From assembly GCA_964016885.1 (NCBI GenBank), contig OZ024741.1, forward strand, positions 415,586,001-415,650,000: DNA of 64,000 nucleotides, written 5' to 3'. This DNA is from Eledone cirrhosa (taxonomy: Eukaryota). The position numbers and the translations under genes were made by a program. Shown piece after piece: positions 14,150 through 26,775 of the stretch. Within the stretch, counting starts at the first letter, position 1. Every line of letters begins with the position of its first letter. The notes under the pieces were generated by a model. It saw nothing but the letters and a program-made list of their open reading frames with translations, had not been told where the DNA came from and did no database searches.

Positions 14150-14480
14150 ACTTGACCTCTGACTCATGTTGACCTCTCTGACCCATGTTGATCTCTCTCT
14201 CTCTCATGTTGACCTCTCTAACCCATGTTGACCTCTCTCCCATGTTGACCTCTCTCTCTCATGTTGATCTCTATCTTCCATGTTGACCTCTATCTCCCAT
14301 GTTGATCTATCTCCCACGTTGACCTCTCTCTCCCATGTTGACCTCTCTCTCTCCCATGTTGACCTCTCTCTCTCCCATGTTGACCTCTCTCCCATGTTGA
14401 CCTCTATCTCCCATGTTGACCTCTCTCTCCCATGTTGACCTCTATCTCCCATGTTGACCTCTATCTCCCATGTTAACCTG
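14150..14480. repeat. ~19-23-bp minisatellite CCCATGTTGACCTCT(CT)n
   Basis: About 15 copies differing in the length of the internal CT tract. Confidence 0.92.
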
Positions 14481-14696
14481 GGTTGGCTTTCCCTATCTCT
14501 CCCATGTTATCCCAGGGTTCACTGTTGACATGGGTTGACTAGGTCTGTATTTCTCTATTCTAACCTATCCTAGGTATATCATCCAACACAATATTCTCAC
14601 ATGGTTCCCTCACTTCTACTTCTTAATACTTCTTTACCTTTTACCCCTGAAATGAACAAAAATAATAAATATGTCACATAATTTATCATTATATAT

Positions 14697-15016
14697 ATCA
14701 TCATCATCATTTTACGTCCGCTTGTTCCCTGCTTGCAAGGGTGGGACGGGAACTGATTCTGGCTTGATTCCTCCAGCTGGATGCCCTTCCTAACACTAAC
14801 CTCATTTACAGTGAGTGCCAGGTGTTTTTTTGCCGTGGCACCTCCATGACCTCTTTGCAGTGGAATGATAGGGACCCCAGTCCCTATCATCTCATTTCTA
14901 CAGCTGAGTAAACTGTAGCAATGTGAAATAAAGTGTCTTGCTCAAGGAAACAACACATCACCCGGTCTGAGAATTGAACCCACAACCTTTCGATTGCAAG
15001 CCAAGCCATGTGCCTC
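14697..15016 (-). mobile_element. tRNA-derived CORE-type SINE (family B) with RTE-like 3' tail and (GAT)n end
   Basis: Minus strand: GGCACATGGCTT (head partly deleted), B-box GGTTCAATTC, core TCCTTGAGCAAGACACTTTATTTCACATTGCT..CAGTTTACTCAGCTGTAGAAATGAG (resembles the MIR-type CORE), tail GTGTTAGGAAGGGCATCCAGC...CGGACGTAAAATGATGATGAT. Confidence 0.9.
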
Positions 15017-15086
15017 TATATATATATATATATATATATATTAAGAGAGTAAAACAAAGAAGCCTTTAATACATCAAAAGTTTTTA

Positions 15087-15129
15087 TTAGCCGACAATGT
15101 TTCGTCCCATTAAGGACTCATCAGGGCAA
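15087..15129 (-). ncRNA. Minimal type I hammerhead ribozyme (intact core)
   Basis: Minus strand reads GCC CUGAUGA GUCCU-UAAU-GGGAC GAAAC AUU GUC/GGC: complete CUGAUGA and GAAA boxes, stem II, short stem III, GUC cleavage triplet, stem I GCC:GGC. Confidence 0.88.
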
Positions 15130-15239
15130 TTAAAACAACAAGAAGTAATATCGGCAGATACAAGCCGGAAGCCCCGAAGAATATGGAGTGTACATACACT
15201 AAAGTCTTGCAAAAATATATAATAAAAATAATAATAATA

Positions 15240-18200
15240 TATTTTTTTTTTTTTTTTTTGTTATCTATTTAAGGTTTAAATACGGTGTTTTTGTCGTATT
15301 GAACAGAACAAATCTTGCAGTTTTGCTTTTTGTTAAATCGCTTGTTAAACATTCATAACCTTCCAGCTAGCTACCCCACACCCCTCCCTCCCGCCCCCAC
15401 ACGCCACCATACTTAATACGTGGACCAATCATAAGCCAGAGCCCCCCCCCCCACGCATCACCATTATTATTATTACGCGGACCAAATCATAAGCCAGAGG
15501 CCTATACTATCGCTTGCACGGTTGCCTTCGATATATGATGGATGGATGGACGGACGGACTGCGGAATCCTGGAGAGTGGAAGGGAGAGAAAAATCTGGAC
15601 GCTCAGAGCGAAAATGCCAAAGTTAAAGTCAAATTCACCTCGTGGACGAGAATGCGAGCACTTCTCTTTGTTTCGTCCGCGGATGGCTAACATAACCCTA
15701 TCTCCTCCCGCCCCCCACCACCCCCACCCTCCAAACGCAACCCAAAACTTCAGAGTTGGTACCATAAATGTAGGCACCCTAAAGGGTCGCGCTAACGAGG
15801 TTGTAGAAATGTTTGAACGTAAGGAGGTCGATGTTTGTTGTATTCAAGAGACCAGGTGGAGGGGTGGGTCCGCTAGATTCATTGAGGGTAAAAAACGATG
15901 TTATAAGCTTTTCTGGGTGGGAAACGACGATGGGCTGGGTGGAGTAGGAATCATGGTAGCAGAAAAGTGGGCAGATAAGATAATAGACGTAAATAGAGTG
16001 AACGACAGAATAATTAAAATAAGACTTGTCCTCAATAGAACTACGGTGACAGTAATATCTGCGTACGCACCCCAATCCGGACTGCCCGGCACTATAAAAG
16101 ACAGATTCTATGAGACACTGTTGCTAACTACCTCCCAAATATCTGACAGTGACTATATAATTATTGCAGGCGACCTAAATGGTCACGTTGGACAACATTG
16201 TGACGGCTACGACGAAATCCATGGAGGCTATGGGTTTGGTACTAGAAATGAGGAAGGCTCCAGAATCCTGGAATACTGTGATGCAAATAACCTAACTATC
16301 TGTAACACTAACTTCAAAAAACGTGACAATCACCTGATTACCTATAGATCCGGGGAACACACAAGCCAGGTAGATTATATCCTTACCAGAAGACGTGACA
16401 GAGTGTCTGTTGTAAACACTAAATCCCTCCCCCATGAAGAATGCACCTCCCAACATAGACTGATAATTAGCGACCTCATAGTCAGGACGAGACGTACCCG
16501 ACAGCAGAAGAGGACTATCCTCAGGAGGAAAATATGGAAACTAAAGGACCCCACAGCCAGAAATAAATTTCAAAGCATATTACTTGATGCTTTCGACAGT
16601 AAGGAAGAGCATCTAGAATCGGACAATATAGAGGGACAGTGGGAATTTCTGAAAGCAAACCTGCTGTTGGCGACAGACGAAGTCTGTGGCTGGAGCAGGC
16701 CTGTAGGCAGGAGGAGAGTAACATGGTGGTGGAACAGTAGGGTGGAGGGGTCAATTAAGGCCAAAAAGCAGGCTTGGAAAGTATGGCGGGATGGGGGAAG
16801 TAGAGTAGACTATCAAGTGGCCAGGAGGGAAGCTAGGAGAGAAGTGTACTTAGCAAGAAGGGAAGCTGAGGAAAGAAAGTTCAAGCATGTTCTACAACGC
16901 GATGACCAAAAACGTGAGGTGTTCAGGATTGCCAGGCAATGCGTCAAGGAAAACCGTGATATTGTCGGGGAGAAGTGTGTACTTAACGATGATGGCATAC
17001 TTGCCATCACCGACACTGATAAGAAGGTAGCTTGGAAGTGTCACTATGAAAGGCTACTAAATGAGGAGAATAAATGGGAGAAAGACAGTCTCCCCCATAT
17101 CGACCCGATAGAGGGACCAGCAGTGTTAGTCGAGGGGAGTATAATAAGTAAGGCAATCAAGGATATGAAGACTGGTAAGGCGGCTGGGCCTTCGGAAATA
17201 GTTGCTGAAGGCATCTGGCACGGTGGGACACACCATGGTCACCCGCATAGTTAACCAAGTCGTACAGAATGGGGTTGTTCCGAAGGACTGGCATAGCAGC
17301 ATCATCGTTAACTGTTATAAGGGTAAAGGAGACGCCCTAGATAGGAGTAACTATAGAGGCATTAAATTAATCGACCAGGTCATGAAGGTCACGGAAAAAG
17401 TAATAGCGCAACTAATCAGAGAGAGAATTGATCTAGATGAAATGCAGTTCGGGTTTGTGTCAGGCAAAAGCACCACAGACGCTCTTTTCATAGTACGACA
17501 ACTACAGGAGAAGTACCTAGCTAAAGGTAAACCCCTCTACTTAGCTTTTGTCGACCTGGAGAAAGCCTTCGACAGAGTCCCCCGCTCCATTATCTGGTGG
17601 GCTCTTAGAAAACTAGGCGTTGACGAATAGCTTGTGAGGGCTATACAAGCCATGTATAAAGAAACAGTCAGCAAGGTTAGAATTAACAACGAATATAGTG
17701 AAGAGTTTAGCGTAAAAGTTGGCGTCCATCAGGGCTCTGTTCTCAGCCCCCTACTATTTATTATTGCCCTTCAGGCTATAACAGAGGAGTTCAAGACAGG
17801 CTGCCCATGGGAACTCCTATACGCAGACGACCTGACACTCATAGCGGAATCAATGGCCGAGCTAGAGAAGAAATTCCAAACATGGAAGCACGGCCTAGAG
17901 ACAAAAGGACTTAAAATTAACCTGGCTAAGACCAAAGTTCTAGTTTGTAGGAAAGAAAACAAGGCGGCGGTCCCTTCTGGGAAATGGTCGTGCTCGGTAT
18001 GTAGGAAAGGCGTAGGTAGAAACTCCATCTTATGTCCTAAATGCAAAGTATGGGTGCATAAAAGATGTAGTGGGATCACAGGTAAGCTAACTAAGAACAT
18101 AGACTTTACATGTGGCCGGTGTTCTGGTGCAATAAGTAGCAGCAAGTGCCCACAAAATACTAGCTCTTTCAATTGCGCAGAGGGTTCTATAGAAATAGTG

Positions 18201-19136
18201 GACAGCTTCCGTTACCTGGGCGATAAAATCAGCAGTGGGGGAGGGTGCTCTGAAAGTACTGTAGCTAGAGTCAGAACTGGTTGGAAAAAGTTCAGAGAGC
18301 TTATACCACTATTAGCTGCTAAAGGGTTCTCCCTAAAAATGAAAGGCAGGTTGTACGATGCCTGCATACGAACAGCAATGTTGCATGGTAGTGAGACCTG
18401 GGCATTGTGTGCAGAGGATATACGCAGACTAGAGAGGAACGAAGCTTGCATGCTCCGCTGGATGTGTAACAGTAATATACGTGAACGGCAAAGCATAAAC
18501 GAACTAAGGAAAAAATTAGAGATAAGAGGGATCAGATGTTGTTTACTCGAGAGAAGGCTGCGTTGGTATGGACACGTGATGCGCATGAAAGTCGATAGCT
18601 GTATTACAAAGTGCAGGGCAATAAAGATAGACGGTAGCCACGGAATAGGCAGACCTAGAAAAACATGGGATGAGCTGATAAACTCCGACCTCACACACTT
18701 ACACCTCTCCAAGACAATGTCACTGGACCGTGACCTTTGGCGGTACTCAGTAACAGAGAAGACCCGCCTTGCCAGTAGGCATCTCTAACAAACTACACCC
18801 CGTCCCGCCACCACCCCCACCCCATCCACACCACCCCGTTCTATGTAAAGTTATGTTGGTGCCGCGCCATCCAGGCCGAAACAAATGAGATCGTGTATGT
18901 GTCACGACAAAAAAACACACAGTCCATGCTGTAATGTGGCCGTGTAGGCAACACGGTAAAAACCTCCCAGACCCACACTGTAAATGTGGTTGGTGTTAGG
19001 AAGGGCATCCAACTGTAGAAAACCTGCCAGACAGTCCTATGCGACAATCACTCTTGCCTCAAGTGGGACTACCCCCGTCCAAACCCATGCAAGCGTGGAA
19101 CACGGACGTTAAACGTTGATGATGATGATGATGATG
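15240..19136 (+). mobile_element. Near-full-length RTE-clade LINE
   Basis: Single APE+RT ORF, short 3' UTR ending GGACGTTAAACGTT(GAT)n; 5' region has a duplicated CG(T/C)GGACCAATCATAAGCCAGAG (~15419, ~15476). 5' boundary approximate. Confidence 0.93.
15542..18788 (+). pseudogene. RTE LINE polyprotein (APE endonuclease + reverse transcriptase + PHD-like finger), disrupted by one frameshift and one nonsense codon
   Basis: APE motifs VGTINV, IQETRW, AYAPQ, GDLNGHVG, VDYIL; RT motifs NYRGIKL, QFGF, FVDLEKAFDRVP, GVHQGSVLSPLLF, YADD, FRYLG; C-terminal RLRWYGHVMR and GRPRKTW. Frameshift near 17205-17215; TAG at 17628-17630 where GVDE(W) is expected. Confidence 0.95.
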
Positions 19137-20847
19137 AATAAGAATAACTAAGGATGTATATAACATTAAAAACCATATTACAAATATAGTCCAAAGCAAA
19201 TAACCTAGAGCTAAACAAAGGTGGTTATATAGAGCAGGAATTATATATAACACAATGTAATATAATATAATACATTATAATAATATACCTTTACCAACAT
19301 TAAAATTACAATAAAAATCAAAAGGTACAATATGCACATGTATATATGTGCGCACACGCACACACACACACACACACAACAATACGCACATCTATCTTCA
19401 ACTACATAAATTTAACCTTATTAGGAGTTTGAATATAAAATAAGCATGATAAGAGTGAAAATAATAATAATAATAATACCAATACATCTACCCAATCTAC
19501 ATGAGGTAATAATATGATATAATTACAAGAAACACATATAATAAATAATAAACAATACAATTATATAATTCAATATAATAGATGATCCCCGGTTAATTTA
19601 CACAAACAATATAGATGTCACAATAATAATATAATAATAATATATTAACAATGTACTAACATTTACAATAAACAATATATAATGGTACTCAAGTAAACAA
19701 ATCGATTCATACTGGGTTACAGAGTAAATGAGGAAAAATAAATTATACAATACTCAAAAAACATTATGATGGTACAGAAAAATACAAACATCTTACATGA
19801 TATATAAAGTTTAAATATCATAATGTTACATATAATGAACAGTAAGTAATAAGGATCAATATTACAATACAATATAATATAATATATTATATAAAATAAA
19901 TTGACATAATATAATATATAATTACTTATAATTACAAGGTTAGTAGACAGACATATGTGGATGTGTAAGTAAGTGCCAGACAGTGAATAGTAAATAGTAA
20001 ATATAATGCCCAGTAGTATTTCAAATAAAATATAGAATATAAAATATAGAATAAAATAAATAAATATAATCAACCGGAAATTACAAAACAAAAACAAACA
20101 TATACATTTAGGTCTCACATGCGGTTAAGTAGTTAAGTAAAAACTAAGGAAAACAATCCCTGTAAATGACTTGAAAACCCTATTTGATAAATTAATATTA
20201 AAAATATTTAAACTATCCAATAAGGTAGTATAATATTAGCTATAGTTTAAGTCATTAAAGTTTATAAACTTTATTGTTTCGTTACAAATGTTTACAAAAA
20301 GGAATGAAATTTTTTACTATCATATACGCAACGATATCTAAAAAACTGACTTAAGTAGAATTAAGGTAGGCTAATGGGACAGAATTGAAGAAATATATGG
20401 AGGATGCAAAGGGGCATAAAATATAGTCGATATACTATAATAAATAATAGAACGGAGCGTAAAAGAGGGGGGGGGTTAAATATAATCATAGTCAATTTGG
20501 AGGGGTTGACAATAAGTTTATGTGCGCATGGGGGGAGGGGGGTATCCAAAGATGAATCTGAATAAAAATAAAAATAAAATTAAAAATAAAATTAAAATTA
20601 AAAATAAAAATAAAAATGAAGATAATAATAAAATAAGGTAAATAGCGTAAAGTATGTAATCTTATATATATTCACAAGGTGTAATAGTGAAAATTTAATG
20701 CGTAAGAAGACAGATATGGTACAGTAGCCAAATGATTATGAGAGCTAGAATAAAGAGTCATCAAAAACCAATGATAATAATGATGATAATAATAATGTTG
20801 GCAAACAAAAGAACCTAAACTAAAAAATAAGTAATGAAATATATCTG

Positions 20848-21741
20848 CTAATGGGTACAATTTGTACTACTAGAACGTTTAGGTTTATAATAAAAGTAAG
20901 AATTAGAAATAGCGTGGGGGCAAGAAGAGAATATCTCAGACTTTCTATTAAGTAAGGATACGCTAGAGAAAATTATAGAGTGTGTCTCAAGGATACAGAG
21001 ATTACAAAACTTAGTATGCGTAGAAAGGTGGTTAGAGCATGCTACTAAACGCCAGTTAAGGCTATATGGTATATAAGCTTCCTTAAGATCCCAGATATAA
21101 TGTGCTAAAGAAGTAGAATTCTTAAACTTAACATGTTTGAAGTTAGAGATATGAGAGTTAAACCTAGTCTTAAAAGTGTTTGATGTAGATCCTATATAAG
21201 TTCTATTAGAGGAATTAGTTATAACTTCGCAAGCGTAGACAATGTTCTTAGAAAGGCAGTTACCGTTTAAAGGGCAGTTAGCACTCACTCTACAATTGCA
21301 CTTCCGGGTGTTATTGGTTGGCTCGAGTGGTGATATATTACACGTAGGATTGCTATTAGATAAGGACTGTTCTGGTGGTAAAGCATTGTCAGATCTGTTC
21401 AGACTAGTAGTATGTAGAGAGGAGAATCCATCCCTAATTTTCCTATTATTAGTGCTAGCTAAATGAGAACTAATATTAGGGGTGGTAGAGAATGAGAGTT
21501 TAATAACATTTTTATTAAAAATACTATGGTATTTATGAGAAGGGGGGAAATTTTTCTCTAAGATAGTGAAGAAAGACCTAGGGATATTAGTTGATACATC
21601 CTGATTATATGGCGGGCTAAAATAAGTATTTAATCGCCTTCTATTTTTATTCTTACCGACTCTACCTTTATCAAAAGTCCCACCATCGAGACTAGGGTTA
21701 CTACAAGGATTAGTTAAAGCCACATTCATAGAATCAGCCAT
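20848..21741 (-). pseudogene. C-terminal part of a Penelope-like ORF: thumb/linker + GIY-YIG endonuclease (no RT core present)
   Basis: YFSPPYNQDVSTNI...FPPSHKYHSIFNKNVIKLSFS linker; CNC..CPLNGNCL, IVY...YIGST..FKTRFNSH, SLAHYIWDLK, CNLCILE, resembling Naiad-type PLE endonucleases; frame ends upstream at the inversion junction. Confidence 0.88.
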
Positions 21742-21926
21742 AATTTCGTTATGTCTATTATAGACGAAACATTGTCGGCTAATAAAAACTTTTTATGTAT
21801 TAAAGGCTTCTTTGTTTTACTCTCTTAATTTTTCGGCTCTGTTTAACTGCATTGAGCTATACCTTTTACTGTCATTTCTATAATACGAAGAGGGTGTTTA
21901 ACTCCAACACGCTCCAGTATTTTAAT

Positions 21927-22300
<374 letters not shown>

Positions 22301-22301
22301 C

Positions 22302-22945
22302 ATTAGTTTTGCAACGTTTTTTATATGAAATCGTATGTCGAAACAAATATTGTTATACTTGCGGAGGGTCATATTTGTGTAATATTGCCAGAATTAATAA
22401 CAGAACACACTCACTGTTTGGTTGGTTTTCGCTTTTCGCTTCTGTGTCTTTTATATCGATAATCTAATTTATTCGGTCCTCAATGTTGCCATTGACTGAC
22501 CAACGGTAAAAAATAATACAGATACAATATAGACACAAACACATATATATAGTTTATCAAAGTTCTTTCGTTGCACATCTGCAACATCGTCAGTGGTGCT
22601 ATTGTTTCCTCCCGTTACATTGTATGTCTACACCATTTTTATTTAGTCTGTCTAAATAAAAATGGCGTAGACATACAATACAACGGGAGGAAACATAATA
22701 GCACCACTGACGATGTTGCAGATGTGCAACGAAAGAACTTTGATAAACTATATATATGTGTTTGTGTCTATATTGTATCTGTATTATTTTTTACCGTTGG
22801 TCAGTCAATGGCAACATTGAGGACCGAATAAATTAGATTATCGATATAAAAGACACAGAAGCGAAAACCAACCAAACAGTGAGTGTGTTCTGTTATTAAT
22901 TCTGGCAATATTACACAAATATGACCCTCCCTAAGTATAACAATA
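22302..22945. mobile_element. Foldback element (~300-bp arms, 22348-22945, 5-nt loop at 22647-22651), probable inverted PLE pseudo-LTR pair
   Basis: Arms are near-perfect reverse complements (a few substitutions and small indels); each arm has a hammerhead core; unpaired ~46-bp tail at 22302-22347; TA-rich flanks. Confidence 0.8.
22703..22744 (+). ncRNA. Minimal hammerhead ribozyme-like motif (mirror copy on - strand at ~22555-22597)
   Basis: ACCA CUGACGA U GUUGCA-GAUG-UGCAAC GAAAG AA CUU/UGAU: both core boxes intact, 6-bp stem II, minimal stem III, stem I with one mismatch. Confidence 0.72.
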
Positions 22946-22970
22946 CATATATACATATATACATATATAC

Positions 22971-23293
22971 ATCATCATCTTTTACGTCCACTTTTCCCTG
23001 TTTGCAAGGGTGGGACGGGAACTGATTCTGGCTTAATTTCTACACCTGGATGCCCTTCCTAACACCAACCTCATTTACAGTGAGTGGTGGGTGCTTTTTT
23101 GCCGTGGCACCTCCACGACCACTTTGCAGTGGAATGATAGGGTCTGGGGTCCCTATCATTCCACTGCAAAGTGGTCTCATTTCTACAGCTGAGTAAACTG
23201 GAGCAATGTGAAATAAAGTGTCTTGCTCAAGGGAACAACACATCACCCGGTCTGAGAATTGAACTCACAACCTTTCGATTGCAAGCCCAATGC
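22971..23293 (-). mobile_element. CORE-type SINE (family B) copy
   Basis: Highly similar to 14697-15016 along its length, including the RTE-like tail. Confidence 0.9.
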
Positions 23294-23369
23294 ATACATA
23301 CATACATACATATATAGATACATACATACATAGATACATACAAGAACATACATACATACAAGAACAAGT

Positions 23370-23800
23370 CAACATCATTGGAGGTGTTATATCAGAGTTT
23401 TCCTTCTCCTAGAATTCTGCCTTGACAAAGGCTAAAGGGTCATCTCTCCCGGTGATTTTGGATGGCCATTGACTCTTAAGAGCTCCTTTGCCCTTTGCCA
23501 GGTTTTGTTTTTAGTCCTCCAGGATGTCCAAAGTCACCCTCCTCACCAAGAAACCTTGGTGGGGTTGCCAGTTTAGTGGCCAACGACCCGACCATGAGAC
23601 AGGTTGTACTGGGATACATGTTACCAGTAGCACCAACTGGTGACCTGACATATCTCTTAAATGGGGCCCTAACAGGTACTACTACTCCGGGCCAGAGCAG
23701 ACCTGGGAGTTATGACAACTAAGGAGTAACTCCACATTCCCCACAGCTCCTGAACTCGAGCCTTGCCACTGGATGTAGTTTAATGTCATACCCAGGATAT
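23370..23800 (-). mobile_element. Non-coding interspersed repeat (family C), possibly derived from an RTE-type 5' UTR
   Basis: GC-balanced block between (CATA)n tracts; minus strand contains CTAGGAGAAGGAAAACTC, which I recall from RTE 5' UTRs; a second partial copy lies at 26776-26935. Confidence 0.6.
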
Positions 23801-23884
23801 ACATACATACATACATACATACAATACATACATACATATAAGCAAGAAAGTAAGTGTTGGTAAAATCCAGTACTTCAGTATGTG

Positions 23885-24138
<254 letters not shown>

Positions 24139-24170
24139 TTGGAAAATGTGAGATCCTTGGTACAGTTAGG

Positions 24171-24298
24171 TATATTTGAAAAAAATGAAAAGAATTTATG
24201 ATTTAATGTTATAATATAATATTATATTATAACATTAAATCATACATTTTTTAACACTATAAGTGAAGTCATTCTTTTCATTTTTTTTTCAAATATGT
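24171..24298. repeat. AT-rich imperfect hairpin with a perfect central palindrome (~24197-24244)
   Basis: TATGATTTAATGTTATAATATAAT/TATATTATAACATTAAATCATA, flanked by ATATTTGAAAAAAATGAAAAGAAT and ATTCTTTTCATTTTTTTTTCAAATAT. Confidence 0.8.
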
Positions 24299-24319
24299 AT
24301 ATATAAAATACACTATATA

Positions 24320-24790
24320 AATGTATATACAGTGTATTTTACAATACACTGTATGCTTAATTAAAAGCATTTCAAAGACCTTATGCTATTGTTTTAAAGT
24401 AGTGACAGACTCACTTATTTTAATTTCAGCAAACAGGGGGAGATAAAGCTGACAACGCCTTGTTTCACATTTATTGAAGCTTATCAAAGCCAACTACTCC
24501 TGTCCGCTGAAATCATGGATGTTTGGTTCTTATAGAATTCTAGTAAATAATCAGGAACTGATTATACAGAGCGGTTGCCGGTCAAGCAGAAATTGAAAAT
24601 TAGAATTGGTGCTCTATTTCAGAGCACCAATGTTTGCTGAAAATTAAAGTAAGCGAGTCTGTCACTACTCTAAAAAATTTAGCATAAGGTCTTCGAAATG
24701 CTTTTAATTAAGCATACAGTGTATTGTAAAATACGCTATATATACATTGATATATATATAGCTATTTCAGAGCACCAATTCTAATTTATA
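24320..24790. mobile_element. Inverted-repeat element (~115-bp arms 24320-24435 / 24631-24748) enclosing a degenerate hammerhead-like motif
   Basis: Arms are diverged reverse complements; minus strand 24448-24490 reads GCU UUGAUAA...GAAAC AA-GGCG-UU GUC AGC; nested short inverted repeat at ~24598-24614 / 24769-24787. Confidence 0.65.
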
Positions 24791-24803
24791 TATATATATA
24801 TAT

Positions 24804-25037
24804 AACACACAGTCCACGCTGTAATGTGGCCGTGTAGGTAACACGGTAAAAACGTCCCAGTCCACACTGTAAATGTGGTTGGTGTTAGGAAGGGCATCCA
24901 GCCATAGAAAACCTGCCAGACAGTCCTATACAAGCGAGGCACGGTCACCCAACCAACCTTGCCTCAAGTGGGACAACGCCTGTCTAACCCAGGCTAGCGT
25001 GGAAGATGGACGTTAAACGAAGATGATGATGATGATA
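24804..25037 (+). mobile_element. 5'-truncated RTE 3' UTR copy
   Basis: Matches ~18914-19136 (CACACAGTCCA.GCTGTAATGTGGCCGTGTAGG...GGACGTTAAACG(GAT)n). Confidence 0.92.
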
Positions 25038-25039
25038 TA

Positions 25040-26760
25040 GGACCATAGAATGAACCAAATTCTTCGAACACACGATATCATAAAGAGCAAAAGACAATCT
25101 AAGTCAATGAAAAACATCCTAACACATGCCAAAGTACTGCCAACCACAACAACGAAACCCACAGTAAAAAAATGCGATAGACCCAACTGTGGCATATGCA
25201 TCAACCTAATAGAGAGTTTGGAATTCTATTTCAAAGAAGGACAACATTTTATAGTAAAACACAATTTCACATGCGCATCAGAAAATCTAATATATGTATT
25301 AACTTGCTCAGGTTGTCGAGAACAATACATAGGCCAGACTAAAACAGTCTCCGCCAACGCATGACTGTCCATAGATCCCAAATTAAAATACGGGAATACA
25401 GGAAAATACCACTGAGTGAACACATTGATACCTGTGCCGCCCAAAATCATCCAAACTTTAGAATTTTTCCCCTCTACAAATTTAAAGATAATGCCACCCA
25501 CACCCAGCGCATCAGCAAGGAATCTCACTTTATTAACAAATACGGACCCCGTCTAAACACTTCTCCCTAAGACGAACCCACAACATACACACGTTGACAT
25601 ACCTACATCAGCATACATCCTACATACATTTCTATCCACATATAAACACAATGACATACGTAAACACACATGTTCTATGGTGCAACACAAATATACACAA
25701 ATTCGCACACCTTTGGATGTTTATAGATATAAACGTGCCGACACACACATACACATACGCACACATGTATTGCATATTGATGGGTGAATAGATATTTGTA
25801 CACAAGTATCCCATATGGCAGGGCCTCATGGATTCCCCTTGAAGTACGTACAATCTAGACACTCACACACACCTTGGTGTTATGACAATACTATACATCA
25901 TTTCACCCCTTTTATTATTAATGTTTTTGATGTTCTTTTGAGAGAATCGTTTTTGCAAATGATTGAAAATATCGAATAATGTACACCATTTTTACCAGTA
26001 CCACAAAAATACTGGTCCATCCACATACACACACACACATACACATGCACACGCAAAGGCTAACATACAGACAGACATACACACCCACACACACACACTT
26101 CTCCATAAAGGACAAGAGCTGAAAAATGTGTTTCAACATGTTAAAATACCCACCCCAACCCACACACACACACACACATACCTATTGACCGATTCATTTC
26201 CATTATCACAACAATGAACCACTTTGCTACACACACATATTTGTCTTAATAGACACCTGAACTGTTGACCTCTCAACATGACTGCAACTCAATCAAGCGA
26301 AAAATGACACTCTTCAACAAACCTACATTTGGTATGAAACCAGTTCGCACTAAAATCAATTTAAACATTCATGTGACCTCTACCGACCAATCAAAATTGT
26401 TTTGACTACAAGAATTTTTGCAACACGAATTGACGCGAAATTTATAGTGCTTATTCACGTGACATTCAACAACCAGATCTTAATGCCTCCCAAACTACTT
26501 TTTTCACATAAAACAGGAAGAATTTCCAAAACTGATCAGATTAGAGCAAACATCACGAGCACTCTATCTCAAAATTATTTTTGAAAAGCATAAGAAATGC
26601 GCAACCGGTAAAAACTTAAAACTAAAACTGAATACTAACTAATACTTATTACTAATTTATACTTATTCTTAATTAAACTATTTTTCACTGAGAAAAATTT
26701 GTCAGCATTTTCTTTTCCTTTTTACTAATATATCACAACTCGTGTGTCACACCTCTATTT
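25040..26760 (+). mobile_element. 5'-truncated Penelope-like element (Neptune-like): GIY-YIG fragment plus long 3' region ending at (TA)n
   Basis: Coding fragment 25050-25570; degenerate hammerhead-like motif at 26577-26614; 3' boundary inferred from the (TA)n tract. Confidence 0.65.
25050..25570 (+). pseudogene. PLE GIY-YIG endonuclease fragment (frameshift near 25345)
   Basis: KKCDRPNCGIC linker, FTCASENLIYVLTCSGCREQYIGQT, then in the shifted frame LRQRMTVHRSQI...LSEHI...RISKESHFI...PRLN. Confidence 0.88.
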
Positions 26761-26775
26761 TATATATATATATAT

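Noticed and set aside
15221-19150. TSD for the RTE (AATAAAAATAAT vs AATAAGAATAAC)
   Set aside because: Imperfect match in low-complexity AT-rich sequence; it cannot fix the 5' boundary.
20848-21741. Stand-alone GIY-YIG nuclease gene or selenoprotein-type Naiad
   Set aside because: The ORF start lies next to the inversion junction of a truncated PLE; it ends in TAG and has no in-frame TGA in the retained part.
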